Shown: piece after piece, positions 22,755 to 36,482 of the stretch
Position numbering within the stretch: position 1 is the stretch's first letter
Layout: each line of letters begins with the position of its first letter
Assembly (NCBI GenBank): GCA_018398765.1
Contig: JAHBMJ010000124.1
Coordinates: forward strand, 62,001-126,000
Direction of reading: 5' to 3'
DNA from: Chromera velia
Lineage: Eukaryota
DNA length: 64,000 nt
Notes under the pieces: model-generated
The model's database searches: none
The model's input: the letters and a program-made list of their open reading frames with translations, nothing else
What the model was told of the DNA's origin: nothing
Program-made: the position numbers and the translations under genes

Positions 22755-24240
22755 TAAAAAATTCTAGAAAAAATTGAAATGGTTATTAATTAGACTTATA
22801 AGCACTGATAGTTTGACCGTCTAACTCTTTATCATCCACGAGAAATCGAGTCTTTTAATCGACCTCCAAAGTTGACCAAAGTTATAGTAATTTAGCTTTC
22901 GAAATTACTTTAGTTTACTATTCTAAATTACTTTAGATTAGTAAGCTAAATTATACTGTAAATTATATTCTAAATTACTAGCTAAATTATTTATCTGAAA
23001 TTCTAAATTACTTAAACTTGCAGGGATTTTTTTGATTGATTGATTGGTTCCTAGATTGGTTAGTGATTAGTGGTGCCTTAGAGCACTGTCGCCGTTTTGT
23101 CTTATAGAGGTCGCCCCCGTAAACGGCAGGGGGGTGTACCTCATCGCTGAGGCTCAGACCACACCCCGTGGCCCGCCTGGTTTCCCAGTCCACTAACAAA
23201 CAACAATCTGCGCTAGGCCTTCCCATTATGTCAAGGTGTCGCCACCACTAACAGGGCCTGGGATATTATTTCAAACCCTCCCCCAAAGGCTTGCACACCA
23301 AACCTGATACACCGTAAACGGAGCACAAGGGGTGTGCCATAATTGTTTATGCCGCACAACTTTACGGGCCAATTACGGCTAGGTTACGAAAAAAGGTTTA
23401 CAGCGCAACTTAATTTACGTTTTGTCAACCAAATTTTGGAGGTCGATTTCTTCTTAACCATAAAGAGTTATACGTTCAAACTAACAGTGCTCATAACTTT
23501 TATATAGGCTCAATAAACATTGTTAGTTCTAGGCGCCGCACAATAAAAAAAAGGAAAAAAAATGAGGCGTCCCCAACTTTTTTTTTCTTTTTTTTTTTTT
23601 TTTAGATCAATAGTTAGGTAACTTAGGTCCACATTTTGTATGGAAAAGTAAGTTTCAGAGTCGAAAGCTAGGTCGAAAGTGATTCTTTTCCTTTTGGAGG
23701 CACTTGAAATAAAAAAAAAGAAAAAAAAAAAAAAGGCCTTCCCAACTTTTTTTTTTCTATGTGCGGCGCCTAGTGTTATAGTTTGAATTCGAACGCCTAA
23801 CTCTTTATGGTTCACGAGAAATCAACTAGGAAATTGATCTCCAAAGTTTGACCAAAATTAGTAATTTAGCTTTCGAAATTTAATATTTTAGTTCACTATT
23901 CTAAATTACTTTAAATTACTCTAAATTGCTTTAATTAAATTTCTAAGCTAAATTAATTACTCTAAATTGTTTTAAATTACTCATGTAAATTACTCAAACT
24001 TGCGCAGGGGGTTGCTATCCAGTCTAGTATCTATGCACTATTAAGAAATTTCTAGGGAAATTTTTTCTTAATTTCCTATTTTACGGGAATTTAAAGTTTT
24101 GAATTCCTACCGATTTAACGCAGCGATTTTGACCTGTAGATTCCTACCTCATATTCCTGTATAATTCTACATATTCCTTCATATTCCTAACCCATATTAC
24201 TCCATATTCCTTCATATTCCTGGCAACTTGCAGGGTAGCT
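22755..24240. repeat. AT-rich cluster of degenerate transposon fragments (direct copies ~22800-23025 and ~23775-24010, inverted copy ~23430-23500)
   Basis: Shared ctaactctttat..cacgagaaatc..ctccaaag..gtaatttagctttcgaaatt blocks. Confidence 0.7.
23529..23773. mobile_element. 245-bp MITE with CTAGG termini
   Basis: TIR CTAGGCGCCGCACA/TGTGCGGCGCCTAG with poly-A/T subtermini. Flanks tgttagtt and tgtta[ta]gtt. Confidence 0.8.
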
Positions 24241-25404
24241 CAGTACACCGTAGCTGCATATCAAGAGGTAGAAGAAAAACGAGGCGGCCTTGATCATCAA
24301 GTGGGAGAGAAGACTTTTCGGTTCTGTATACTAGAAGCATACTCCACGCATTATGACCTTCTCGTATCTTCTCTCTTTTGAAACACCTTCACAATACTCA
24401 GGTTACCCTTACTGTTCTTAATCAAATACAGCACGCAATTTGACCATAAGTTGCTCACAGTCGAACAGCTGTTCGGCGGAGAAGACGCAATCAAAGCAGT
24501 CCTACTCAAAGAGACCTAAACGAACACTTCTACCACGAAAACAAAAAGCGACAAAACGATTCTTCAAGCAAAGACTTTGCTTACACCGAACACGCAGGCC
24601 CACAATTGAACAGGCCGAAATGTATTAGTGAGGTACGACAGAATCGATCCGACATTCTCTGTGTAGGTCGACCGATCCCTCATCAGGTCGGAGGCTATGC
24701 CTTCGACCCGATATTGTGTTGGGCACAAACGAACGAAGGTATTCTCCTCCGATCGGCTTTAACATGAACGAACGAAGGAATTCACCTCCGATCCGCTGTC
24801 TCGCACTGGCGTGCAAGATAGCATCATGCACAACATGAACATTCATAGAACGTCGAAGGACCACCCTCCGAACCCCCTCCCTCCTTTCCTTGTGTGTATT
24901 GTGCACATGTTGTGCTCCAGGAGGACCTACATGTCCTTGATAAATTCGTCTATCCCTTCAATGACCTCAATTGCCGCCTGAACGTAGGGGGCCGGTGTCC
25001 GGAAATGCGTATCACCGCGTCTGAGATCCACCTTATAAGGATTTTCCTTCACCACATCGTCGAGCATAACATTTCTAATTTGGGACTGCACACGAATCAA
25101 GAGACAAGGGGAAACTTTGGTGACGGTGGACAGTCAATCAAGCCCCTGATAGAGCACATATGCATGCATGTATGCATGCACTGAGTGAGTCTCGTGGAAT
25201 AAGTAAGGGCATTCAAACCGGCATAGCAACATAAGACGTTTGTACAAAGAACTTGAATACAGAATATCTTGAACAGACTGTATATTTATCTTCCTTGTCT
25301 TTCCGGTATTTCTTTTTGCACACAAAAGATAGCGGAAAGAAAGAAGTCGCAAGGGTGGAAAGGAAAGGAGACGAGTAAGCAGAAGAACAAAGGAACGTAC
25401 GAGC

Positions 25405-25491
25405 GAAAAGGAAGGAAGGAAGGAAGGAAGGAAGGAAGAGAGGAAGGAAGGGAGGAAGGAAGGGAGGGAGGGACGAAAGAAAGAAGAGAAA

Positions 25492-25523
<32 letters not shown>

Positions 25524-25610
25524 AAAAAAAGAAAGAAAAGAAAGAAAAGAAAGAAAGAAAGAAAGACAGGAAGGAAGGAAGGAAGGAAGGAAGGAAAGAA
25601 AAAAAAATTT

Positions 25611-25642
<32 letters not shown>

Positions 25643-25758
25643 AAAAAAAGAAAAGAAAGAAAAGAAAGAAAGAAAAAAAGAAAAGAAAGAAAGAAAAAAA
25701 AGAAAAAAAAGAAAAGAAAGAAAAGAAAGGAAAGAAAGAAAAGAAAGAAAAGAAAGAA

Positions 25759-25798
<40 letters not shown>

Positions 25799-25910
25799 AA
25801 AAAAAGAAAAAAAAGAAAAGAAAGAAAAGAAAAGAAAGAAAGAAAGAAAGAAAGGAAGGAAAGAAAGAAAGAAAGAAAGTAAGAAAGAAAGAAAAAACGA
25901 AAGAAATAAA
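25405..25910. repeat. (GAAA/GAAAA/GGAA)n microsatellite
   Basis: Directly visible. Confidence 0.95.
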
Positions 25911-26973
25911 AACACATCTGAGTGCAGACCAATAATTCTAAAATTATACGGAGATGCAGAAGCAGAGAGACAAACTGACCACCTCAGGCTTGAGAAGAAG
26001 GCAAAACCGATCGAGAATTGGCATGTCTCTCCTCTCCTCCATCGCGTCTCCCTCCAACTCTTGTAGGGTGTTTTTTTCCATGTCGTTGAGTGTGTTGCCC
26101 TCTGCAGCAGGTACGTATGTTAGATGAAACTATTGATCCCCTATGCACGCACTCAAAAAAGTAAAACGTTCCCAGTGGGATGTCATTGACCGAATGCTTC
26201 ATGACACGTCCGCTCGTAGAGAGGAAAAAATGTGCTCAAGGCAGCAAGACAAGGAGAAAGGAGGCTGTCGGTGCATGGTGATATGAGCAAGACAAGGAAA
26301 AAGGAGGAAAAGAACAAACAATCCATTCAACTTGGAGCATCCGGCCTAGATCAGAAATCTTTCCCAAATTCGAGCAGCGACAGCAACCGTAAAAGTTGCC
26401 TCTTCAATTCGAGTACTCGATTCATGCAGGCAAGAAAGAGCACATGCACTTACTGACTGACCCCGTCCTTTATAGTTGTTCATTATGCTGTCCACCTTGG
26501 TACCCGTTTCGATGGCCTCTATCTCTACCTGCAGGCAGAGAGCACATAGAGTCGGACTAGCGAGTGGGATCAATCTAAGGAAACAAAATTGAAACGAAGG
26601 TCAAGAGAAGCGATCTCACCCTCGAAACCGGAAGGTCCTCACGCGGAACGACGTACTAGATCATACGACCTTGAATTCACCTTACATAGGATCGAGCGAC
26701 TGTTGCCTTACACAATCGTACGCACACTTGATTTCCATGGAAAATGCACCATTTTGCTTGGAAGCCTTCGCCTCAAAACAATTGATGCATAAAGAACTCG
26801 GCCGACCTGTTTTGGGGGGGGCCTCGCCTGCTTCTTCTTTGGTGCAGCCCTCATGCGCGACTTGGCCATGTTCCAACCCGTTGCCTTCCAAGTCGAGGAC
26901 GGAAACGGGCAGTGCCGCAGCTTATCCTCTTCCTTCTTCTCCTCCGTGTCTTTTTCACTGCACACTCACGCAT

Positions 26974-27056
<83 letters not shown>

Positions 27057-27179
27057 CAGATACATAGAGGTGGGGGGGGGCGGGGGGGGGAGGGAGAAAG
27101 GAAATCTGCGTACAGAAATTGAGGAGTCGCAGGGATTCTGTGGGTGTGGAGAATTAGTACAGTGAAGAGGGGTGGATGT

Positions 27180-27305
27180 CATTGAGTAAGGAGCGGAAAT
27201 GGCCCCCGTCTTTTTTCTTTCTCATTGAGTAAGAGCGGAAATGCCCCCCGTCTTTTTTTTTTCTCATTGAGTAAGAGCAGAAATGCCCCCCGTCTTTTTT
27301 CTTTC
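27180..27305. repeat. ~42-bp tandem repeat, 3 copies
   Basis: cattgagtaagagcggaaatgccccccgtctttttt recurs. Confidence 0.85.
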
Positions 27306-27961
27306 TTGCAAAAAAGTCTCTCAAAAGGCTATCAGAAAACGGACCTCTCATCTTCCCCCCACATGCTGGCTATCTGCTTGAGCTTGTTGCGCTTGAAGGC
27401 CTCTGCATCCTGCAGGTATTGCAACAACCGTCATCGCAAAAGTACCTAAAAATCTAGCAAAAGTACATGTACATGCATGAGGTGATACAAAATGACGGAG
27501 ATCCACGGGGAAGCAAAACAGAATCAGAAAAGCCGGGGCATTGTTACGGTGATCGGCTAATTCGTGAAGAGGGTCGGATTCCGGAAAGGAGACGGATATC
27601 GTATATGACACATCTGGGAGAGTCGCACTTGAGGTGCCCATGCACAATCTGTCACTCTCTTTTCCCGAAAGTACGCTGATGCATGAGCTTTCTGTTTGTC
27701 AACCTTGAATTTTGTGATGTTGAGCTGCAGCTTTGAGAGGGAGGCGAACCCAGGATTCTCTTCGGTCAGGTCTGAAACAAGCACTTCGACGGCGACAGAC
27801 AGACAGACTGCCAGCGAAGAGTAATCTTCCTTCAGCACCATAGCTTGCATTTTCACCATTGGAGGGCATTGGCCCTCGTTGTCAAGAAAAATTGCATTGG
27901 CTTCTTTTTTGGGATACTCTTCGACGTCTGGCCAAAAGATCTCAAATCTCTTTACGGTCTC

Positions 27962-28338
27962 ATGTGCAACACACTGGTTGCCCCACAAGCAATTAAGATG
28001 TGACTGCGAAATTAGGCTGGGTGTGCAACACGCTGTTTATCCTATAAGCAAAATGTGACTGCGAAATTGGGCTGGGTATGCAACACGCTGTTTGTCCCAC
28101 AAGCAATTAAGATGTGACTGTGAAATTGGGCTGGGTGTGCAACACGCTGTTTGCCCCATAAGTAAAATGTGACTGCGAAATTGGGCTGGGTGTGCAACAC
28201 GCTGGTTGCCCCACAAGCAAAATGTGCCTGCAAAATTGGGCTGAGTGTGCAACACGCTGTTTGCCCCACAAGCAAAATGTGCCTGCGAAATTGGGCTAGG
28301 TGTGCAACACGCTGCTTGCCCCACAAGCAGAATGTGCA
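27962..28338. repeat. Minisatellite, ~57-62-bp unit, 6-7 copies
   Basis: gtgcaacacgctgtttgccccacaagcaaaatgtgactgcgaaattgggctgggt in tandem. Confidence 0.95.
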
Positions 28339-29074
28339 TGATTGAAGAGACAAGCATCTATGTATAGAATCGCTGCATGGAGATCGCTGGAGGCAGTGCG
28401 CCAGCGTTTTCCGTACCCCATCTATATAACGGCTCGAAGGAGCATGCATAGGGCTCCAAGTTGTCGCGGTCTACATGCATGCATTCATGTCTTTGTATGC
28501 ATGTCCCTACATTTCATGTGTTTGTGTGTAATTCTGCGTCTCATAGCGCGTCTGCTCTGCCTTACAAGCTTCATGTTCTTGTCTGTCTCTGTCGATCGCC
28601 AGACTAAGTGTGTCTGCCTGGGTGCCTCAGTCTGAAAATATAGGTGTCTCTCTCTATATATTAGTAAATGTCTGTATGTCTTTGTCTGCCCCTGCCTGAC
28701 CTGTTTGTGTCTGTCTAAGTCTCTTTGTGACTCTCGGTCTAGCTCTTGGTGTCTGCTTTTTTATGTCCGTCTCTTTCTCTTTGGGGCTGTCTACGCCTGT
28801 CCTTCTGTATCGTTGCGTCTGTCGTTCTGTGGCTGTCCTTCTACGCCTGACGGTGCGTCTCTTCCTGTATCCGTCAGTATCGTGTGACTGTATCTGTGAT
28901 GTCTGGCTGTGTAGGTACTTCTTTTTTCTCTGTATCTGTGTGTGCCTCTCCAGGACCGTCTATCTTTCTGTGTCTATGTACAGGCCAGCTGAAAAACGAC
29001 TGACTGCATGTCACCGGAGTGATGTAATCCTATAAGAGGACAGCACGCAGGAAAGCCTGCATTGAAAAAACAAA

Positions 29075-29501
29075 TATGTCTGTCTTTGTTTTCTGTCTTT
29101 GTCTGTGTCTGTGTCTGTCTTTGTTTTTGTCTTTGTCTCTCTGGTTCTGTCTGTGTCTGTCTGTGTCTCTCTGTGTCTCACTGTGTCTGTCTGTGTCTGT
29201 CAGTATCTGTCTGTGTCTGCCTGTGTCTGCCTGCGTCTGCCTGTATCTGCCTGCGTCTATCTGTGTCTGTCTGTATCTGTCTGTTTGCCTGTCTGTCTGT
29301 CTCTGTCTGTGTCTGTCTGTGTCTATCAGTGTCTGTCAGTGTCTGTCAGTGTCTGTCTGTGTCTGTCTGTGTCTGTCTGTGTCTGTTTGTCTGTGTCTGT
29401 CTGTCTGTGTCTGTCTGTCTGTGTCTGTCGGTCTGTGTTGGTCTGTGTTAGTCTGTGTCGGTCTGTGTCGGTCTGTGTCGGTCTGTGTCTGTCTGTATCT
29501 G

Positions 29502-29532
<31 letters not shown>

Positions 29533-29676
29533 TTGTCTGTATCTATCTCTGCCTGTCTGTCTGTCTGTCTGCCTGCCTGTCTGTCTGTCTGCCTGTCTGT
29601 CTGTCTGTCTGCCTGTCTGTCTGTCTGCCTGTCTGTCTGTCTGTTTGTTTGTCTGTCTCTCTGTCTGATCTCTGTC

Positions 29677-29709
<33 letters not shown>

Positions 29710-29762
29710 TTGTCTATTTGTTTATCTGTTTGTCTGTTTGTCTGTTTGTCTGTTTGTCTGTT

Positions 29763-29793
<31 letters not shown>

Positions 29794-31011
29794 GTCTGTC
29801 TGTGTCTGTCTGTGTCTGCCTGTGTCGGTCTGTGTCGGTCTGTGTCGGTCTGTGTCTGTCTGTGTCTGTCTGTGTCTGTCTGTATCTATCTCTGTCTCTG
29901 TCTGCCTGTATCTGCCTGTGTCTATCTGTGTCTGTCTGTGTCTGTCTGTGTCTGTCTGTGTCTGTCTGTGTCTGTCTGTGTCTGTCTGTGTCTGTCTGTA
30001 TCTGTCTGTGTCTGTCTGTGTCTGTCAGTGTCTGTCTGTGTCTGTCTGTCTGTCTGTGTCTGTCTGTGTCTGTCTGTGTCTATCTGTCTGTGTCTGTCTG
30101 TCTGTATCTGTCTGTCTGTGTCTGTCTGTATCTGACTGTCTATGTCTGTCTGTCTGTGTCTCTCTGTCTCTGTCTGTCTGTCTACCTGCCTGTCTGTCTG
30201 TCTGCCTGTCTGTCTGTCTGTCTGTCTGTCTGTCTGATCTCTGTCTCTGTCTGTCTGTCTGTNNNTGTCTGTTGTGTTCATGAAGAAAAGGAGGGAGAAG
30301 AAGAAAAAACATGTAGTCTGTCTGTCTGTCTGTTTGTCTGTTGTGTTCATGAAGAAAAGGAGGGAGAAGAAGAAAAAACATGTAGTCTGTCTGTCTGTCT
30401 GTTTGTCTGTTGTGTTCATGAAGAAAAGGAGGGAGAAGAAGAAGAAGAAACATATAGTCTGTCTATCTGCATGAAGAAAAAGAGGGAGAAGAAGAAACAT
30501 ATAGTCTGTCTATCTGCATGAAGAAAAAGAGGGAGAAGAAGAAACATATAGTCTGTCTATCTGCATGAAGAAAAAGAGGGAGAAGAAGAAACATATAGTC
30601 TGTCTATCTGCATGAAGAAAAAGAGGGAGAAGAAGAAACATATAGTCTGTCTATCTGCATGAAGAAAAAGAGGGAGAAGAAGAAACATATAGTCTGTCTG
30701 CATAGCTGGCTGGTTGTATGTGTCTGCGTTTGCGTTTACGTTTGTCTCTGCATCTGCGTCTGCGTCTACGTCGGTGTTAGTCTGCGTCTGTGTCTGCGTC
30801 GGTGTTTGTCTGCGTCGGTGTTTGTCTGCGTCGGTGTTTGTCTGTGTCTGTGTCTGTGTCTGTATCTGTCGATCTGTGTCTATCTGTGCATGTCTGTCTC
30901 TGCATGTCTGTCTGTCTCTGTCTCTGTGTTTGTCTCTGTGTCTCTCCCTGTGTCTGTCTATGTCAAAAAAAGAAAGGAGAAGACGAAACATATAGTCTGT
31001 CAGTCAGTCTA

Positions 31012-31045
<34 letters not shown>

Positions 31046-31230
31046 ATATAGTGTCTCTGTCTAGCTGTCTGTCTGTCTGGCTGGCTGTCTGGCTAGCTGG
31101 TTGTGTGCTTGGCTACATGTGTATCTGTCTCTGTGTCTGTCTCTCTGTCTCTCTGTCTGTCTATGTGTCTGTGTGTATCGGTCTGTCTGTCCGTCTGTGT
31201 GTCTGTCTGTATCTGTGTCTGTGTGTGCTT
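29075..31230. repeat. Large (TCTG/TGTC)n low-complexity tract with embedded 45- to 68-bp tandem units (30266-30700)
   Basis: Directly visible. Embedded unit catgaagaaaaagagggagaagaagaaacatatagtctgtctatctg. Confidence 0.95.
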
Positions 31231-31492
31231 GCATGTGACTGCGTGTAAAGGCAAGCCCACAAACAGCTGGCTGTCACAGGAAGTGTTCTAAGCCCCCACA
31301 TATGCAAGAAGTACTAGTACGTTGAAAAGCTTTCATTAGAAGTAACCGAATACCGTCTGAGGTCCGTCTCCGTACTTCGAAGGAGAAGATATGAACAGAA
31401 AGATTTCAAAGCTTCTCGGGTAACGCAACACACAGATGTTTGCAGACAGTGAGATGAAAAACTTTTATGCTGCGTGGGTTGGAATCGGTTCG

Positions 31493-32302
31493 TAGTGACC
31501 ATGTTTGATTTGATTTGATTTGATTTGATTTGAGGTAGGGCTTAAGCTCAAATCAAATATCCAGTCAGGGAGGACCTAGTGTTTAAAGACCTATCAAATA
31601 CGATCAAATATTTGATTAATATGACTTTCAACCTCAAATATGAAGGTCCCGAACTTACCAACTCTGGATGCTTAGCTGCCCAGAAACAGGACGGTTCCAA
31701 CACCAACAGCAATAGCAAACGTATGCACGGTTCTCCGTCTCACCCCGTTGTCATCTCTCCGCAACCGAACAGAAGCCCAGGAGCACCCACTCCTGGAAAG
31801 CCGAAAAGCCAGAGAAAAAGCTCTCAGCAGCTCCCACCACCGATCGATTCGATTCACATTGAAGAAAATGATCATGAAGAAGAGGAAAAGGAAGTGCCAT
31901 AAAGTTAAGTGATTGTCACCTCATTTTTGATACGTGCTCTAACTTTATCGTATCAACAAAAAGTCATATGCAATTTCAAATATATCAATTTTACGTTCTT
32001 AATCTCTATTAGTACTAGAGTGAGTCTCAGTGACTCGTGTATATACACTGCCACACAGGCATTTTTTTTTTACGGAACTGATAAGTTATAATTATATATA
32101 TATTTTTTTAAATTTTTAAAACACACATCAGAAATGTTCTGATAACTATTGTCATGAGAAAAATGATCAGAGTGACAGTAAGTCAGTGATCAGTGAGGAA
32201 CCCTAAGAGGTTAACCTCAAATCTTACCTCAAATATCAAATATTTGAGGTTGAAGCTCAAATCAAATCAAATCAAATCTAATCAAATCAAACATGGTCAC
32301 TA
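31493..32302. mobile_element. Non-autonomous TIR element related to 6317-7768
   Basis: TAGTGACCATGTTTGATTTGATTTG...CAAATCAAACATGGTCACTA. The TSD is not clean (tcggttcg vs tcgacggttcg). Confidence 0.8.
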
Positions 32303-33288
32303 TCGACGGTTCGATGATGTAGGTATAGCAACTAGCCTATATCCAGAGGCCCATAACTGTAGGAGCTCTAGAAGCGTATCATACATTCACACGAGTGGCC
32401 TACAAACTGCCTAATTTTCTGTCATTATAAAAAACTGTTTAAAAATTAATGAAATTCATTTTCGGGACACAATTTTTGAATAAGTATTGCATGATCTAAA
32501 TCTAGCGAATTATAGCTAGGCTTCGACCCCAGCCGAGTACAATACAAATTATGCAATCCTTGCTAGAATCCTTGTAGCTGGCCCCATACTGGAATTCGAG
32601 TCCCTAGTACAATCCTGTAGTCAATGAAATTCATTATATACAAAGATCTAGGGTGTGCACTCAAAAAAAAAAAAACAGAAAAGTGAAAAGACTTTTAGTT
32701 TTTTTTTTTTGGAAGACAAACGTATGAAACTTTTTTTGAAAGATAATTTATGACCTAGTTTGTGACAATCTAAAGTCTAGTCGATCTAAAGTCTGCCTAG
32801 CACTCCTATGCAGTGGTACTATGAATAACGACCCTAATGATATTTCATATTCAGTCTAGCAAATTCAGGTCCTAGTTCAGGTTACAACAGCAACAACCCG
32901 CGGACTCAATTAATGAAGCAAAGACGCAGCCCGCGGAGACTAACTTCAACAGATTTGTTCACCTGCCAGATCCAGTCATAGGAACACAAGAAAGGCCACA
33001 CAAAGACAGAAAGACTCAATCTATTTATGCAAGCAAGCTTCCTTCTCTAGACTTATCCAGTCTTTCGAACAATAGAGGGCACATGGCGGTACAAATCAAA
33101 AAAACACGCGATATAAAACACCAGCTATCATCTATGCTGCGTACTAATCTGTCAACCACCTGGTGATTCAGTGGTGAAAGGAAGGGGCGCCACCTGAAAA
33201 GAAAAGCCGTACCAAATAATTAATTCATTTACTAATTCATAGTCTATCTATAGTGAAATAGCTATAGGGCTAGCTATATGGTGAAGGC

Positions 33289-33631
33289 TACCCTGCAAGG
33301 ACCTAGGAATTTAGACAGGACTTTAGAGGAATTTAGACAGGAATTTAGAGGAATTTAGCTAGGAATCTAAAAGAATTTAAAGACAAAAATTTAGCAATTT
33401 TTGAAGGTTAATTTCTCGTGAACTATGATGAGTTAGAACTTGATATTAATGGTGCTTATAGGTCTAATATAGATTTATAAGCACAATTAAAATCAAGTTC
33501 TAATTCATTATAGTTCACGAGAAATTTATCTTTAAAGTTTAGGAATGATGAATTTAGAGGTCTAAATTCCTTTAGATTCCTAGCTAAATTCCTCTAAATT
33601 CCTGTCTAAATTCCTAGGTCTTTGCAGAATA
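33289..33631. mobile_element. Foldback MITE with long TIRs made of 11-bp subrepeats
   Basis: taccctgcaaggacctaggaatttagacagg mirrors cctgtctaaattcctaggtctttgcagaata, and the symmetry continues inward. Confidence 0.85.
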
Positions 33632-33720
33632 AGGTGGTAGAGAAAGGGTTGAATACTAGAGGTAAAAGCTTAGGTTGAATTATTAAAAAAAAAAAAATTA
33701 AAAATTAAAAACCCTTTTTA

Positions 33721-35235
33721 TAGAGTTGTTAAATCATTTAGTCTTTACTTAAATGTCATAAACGACAAATGTTAGTATCGACACTTGAGCTTGCAATGAC
33801 ACTAAGTGTCAATAACATTTATGTTTTTGTATAGTGTCGACACTTACTTTTTTTTATTTGTTACCATCTTGTGCTGGAACTTTTGAGGCAATAATGAGGA
33901 AAAAAGTTTGCTAAGTCAAACCCCTTACCACCTAAACCTTCAAATTATAAGCATTCATTGATTTTTAAACATAGTAAACATTGACTAAACAAAAATTGAA
34001 ACTGATGAAACATTTTATGAATAAAGTTGACTGGCTTTTTATAAGTCTTTAAGGAGCCGGCTACACCAATCCTGTAGGGTTACACAATCACTTTTTTCAA
34101 ATTGTTTTGTTAGTAATACACATTGTTTTGTTACACATTTTAATACAATTTTGATGAATGAATTAGTACACGCTTTAGTGTGAATTAATTCAAACTATCA
34201 CTTTTAAAAATGCATTATTATACACTTTAGTATGTATTAATTGTAAGTGTCATTAGGTTTCATTAGGTTTTAACTGCATGAAAAGATGCTTTATGGGGCT
34301 AAGGTAAGTTAAAGTCGATCTACAACCGTTTGCAGCTTGAAAGTTTAACTTACTCATTGAAATTTTGTCTTTTAATTGCTGTCTCTATGATTTTTTGTCA
34401 AATGCCGTCAAATGCTCGGTGACCTAGTCGGTGACTATATTTGATTCTCTTTAGATTTAAGTATCATTTAACTAATAGTCACTGTGTTTGTGAAACTTTC
34501 TTTATCTCGATTGTGTTTCACCAAGACCGATTAACTCTTGATCAGCCTTTGAAAGACGGGGTAACCGATGCAGTAATTGAAGACTCGTCAGGCGATGTCA
34601 TTGTCAGCCATGATGAGATGTCATCATAAATTAAATGATTTAAGCGTTCAGGCCAGATTTGGCCCCAGAATAATTGATGACGTCACGGTAACCGCTGTGC
34701 ATATGAATGCTATATTCAGTAGTATGACAATCTTACTGAGTCTACTGCATTTATGGTAGCTTTAGAAGTATATTTGAGTGATATTAAGCATACTAAGCAA
34801 CCATTTTAGATCTTTCAAACAGTTTTTTACTCAGTTTTTACTCAGGTTTTACGTTTAGATCGATTTTTTAAAAGCTTTATTTTACTAGTCATTTTATAGC
34901 TTTGAAAGGCTGTCGGGCTTTAGAGTGTTTGGTGTAGAATTAGTACATACTTTGATGTTAAAACATTTGTCTAGAATTATTGCACACTAATTGTTACACA
35001 CTTTTATGTGTAATAAAGGGGGGGTCAGAGGTAATTGTTAGACATTTAACTTTATGTAACACTACAGGATTGGTGTAGGAGCCGCATGCACGGTTGGGGA
35101 CGGTCGGTACGAAAAACGTATTGCATGCTAGTAAAAATGCCGTCTTTGCTTAAAAGTGTCGCTATAAGTGTCAGTGTCGACACTTTAGTAATTGAAAGTG
35201 TCGACATATGACAGTACTGACATTTAACAACTCTA
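33721..35235. mobile_element. Nested hAT-like non-autonomous element
   Basis: TIR TAGAGTTGTTAAAT/ATTTAACAACTCTA and perfect 8-bp TSD CCTTTTTA. Confidence 0.9.
34061..35078. mobile_element. Innermost nested TIR element
   Basis: 24-bp TIR CTACACCAATCCTGTAG(G/T)GTTACA with one mismatch. GAGCCG occurs on both flanks; exact TSD length is ambiguous. Confidence 0.8.
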
Positions 35236-36451
35236 CCTTTTTATTTTTTTTTTTTTAAGTGCACACCCTAGACAAAGATCGATGTTGTCAGTGCACACTG
35301 GACATTTACTTAGCGATGAAAGCAAATTTAGCAGATGTAACTGGGATGTTTAAGAATTTACCTGAGACTGCTTCGGCACTAGCTTCGGCATGCTTTAAAG
35401 TTCCCACTAGAGTTCATAAACAGTGATGATATAAACTTGAAGTCGCCAGTGAATCGCCACCTATTGTTGGACTGGCCCGCTTCAACTTGCCTTCAAGAAT
35501 GGGGGGCCATTAGAGATTAGCAGCATCATTAGCTCTTCCTCTGCCGTGCATCTTCTGACGACCTCCCAATGTAGCTTCATATCGATCAGCAAAGAGATGG
35601 GTCGCGGGTTTTCGTTTCTGAATCGGATGACAAAAGTGGCCCGAGGGGGCATGTCTAAACTAGTGTCTAAACTACACGTACAGGCGCATGCAACGCCCAT
35701 CTGGCTTTCCTGGTATGCTTGGTTGCAGTGGCACGAAGGTTTTCTGTCTCAGGGAAGTGGGCGTAAATACTTATCAATCGACAACCTTGTCGACAAATTG
35801 AATTAGCGGCAAAAAAAAGCACGCACCGGCACTTGGTATGCATCCCGTTGGACCACGACCTTCCTTCCTCCTTTCTTTCCTGTCCATCATCGATCTAGCA
35901 AGTAGTTGACACTCAACGGAAAATGGTAGAGGAGACCACAAAAAAAGAAAAAAAAAACAAAACACAAAACTCCTCACTCTATGCATCGCCTGAACAGGAG
36001 GGATGCAGCAAGTCAGTCTGCGGTGCATGAACACACTGAGAAGGGGGGGGGGTGCGGGAGAGTCAGGAAGCTTGGAGAAGGGGGGGTAGTAGCAGGCCTC
36101 AACAAAATCAAGGAATGTGACGAAAGCAGACGTGAAGGGGAGGTGTAAAGAGGGGGCACTGCCAGTGCATGAATAGAAAAAACAAAGAGATGGGGGGAGG
36201 GGGGGGTGTCGTCAACATGCGTGCCTGCATGTGCTCACTGAATAATCAACAGACAGACGAAAAAAGCGAAAGACGGTCACCGGACTGACAGCTGGATGCG
36301 CTAAAATCGTCAGAAAAGAAAAGAAAAGAATGAAGAGGAGAGAAAAGAAAAGAGTGCAAGAAGGACTTCTGCGTCTTGTTTGCCAATGTATTTCTTCGAC
36401 GTGTCACTTTTCTTGGGAGCCCCCTGACAGTCTGACTGGGAAAAAAACAGT

Positions 36452-36482
<31 letters not shown>

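Larger units (their letters stand above)
24870..27965 (-). pseudogene. Possible degenerate multi-exon coding remnant, unidentified
   Basis: Protein-like stretches (ETVKRFEIFWPDVEEYPKKEANAIFLDNEGQCPPMVKMQ...; QVEIEAIETGTKVDSIMNNYKGR) lie between intron-like microsatellites. I could not assemble a continuous frame. Confidence 0.3.
32648..35271. mobile_element. Non-autonomous DNA transposon with CTAGGG termini, hosting nested insertions
   Basis: TIR CTAGGGTGTGCACT/AGTGCACACCCTAG and perfect 8-bp TSD ACAAAGAT. Confidence 0.9.

Noticed and set aside
27962..28338. CRISPR-like or coding repeat
   Set aside because: It is a plain minisatellite with no spacers and unit lengths that do not keep frame.
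29062..31291. 481-aa and other C/L/S/V-rich ORFs
   Set aside because: They are (TCTG)n low-complexity artefacts.
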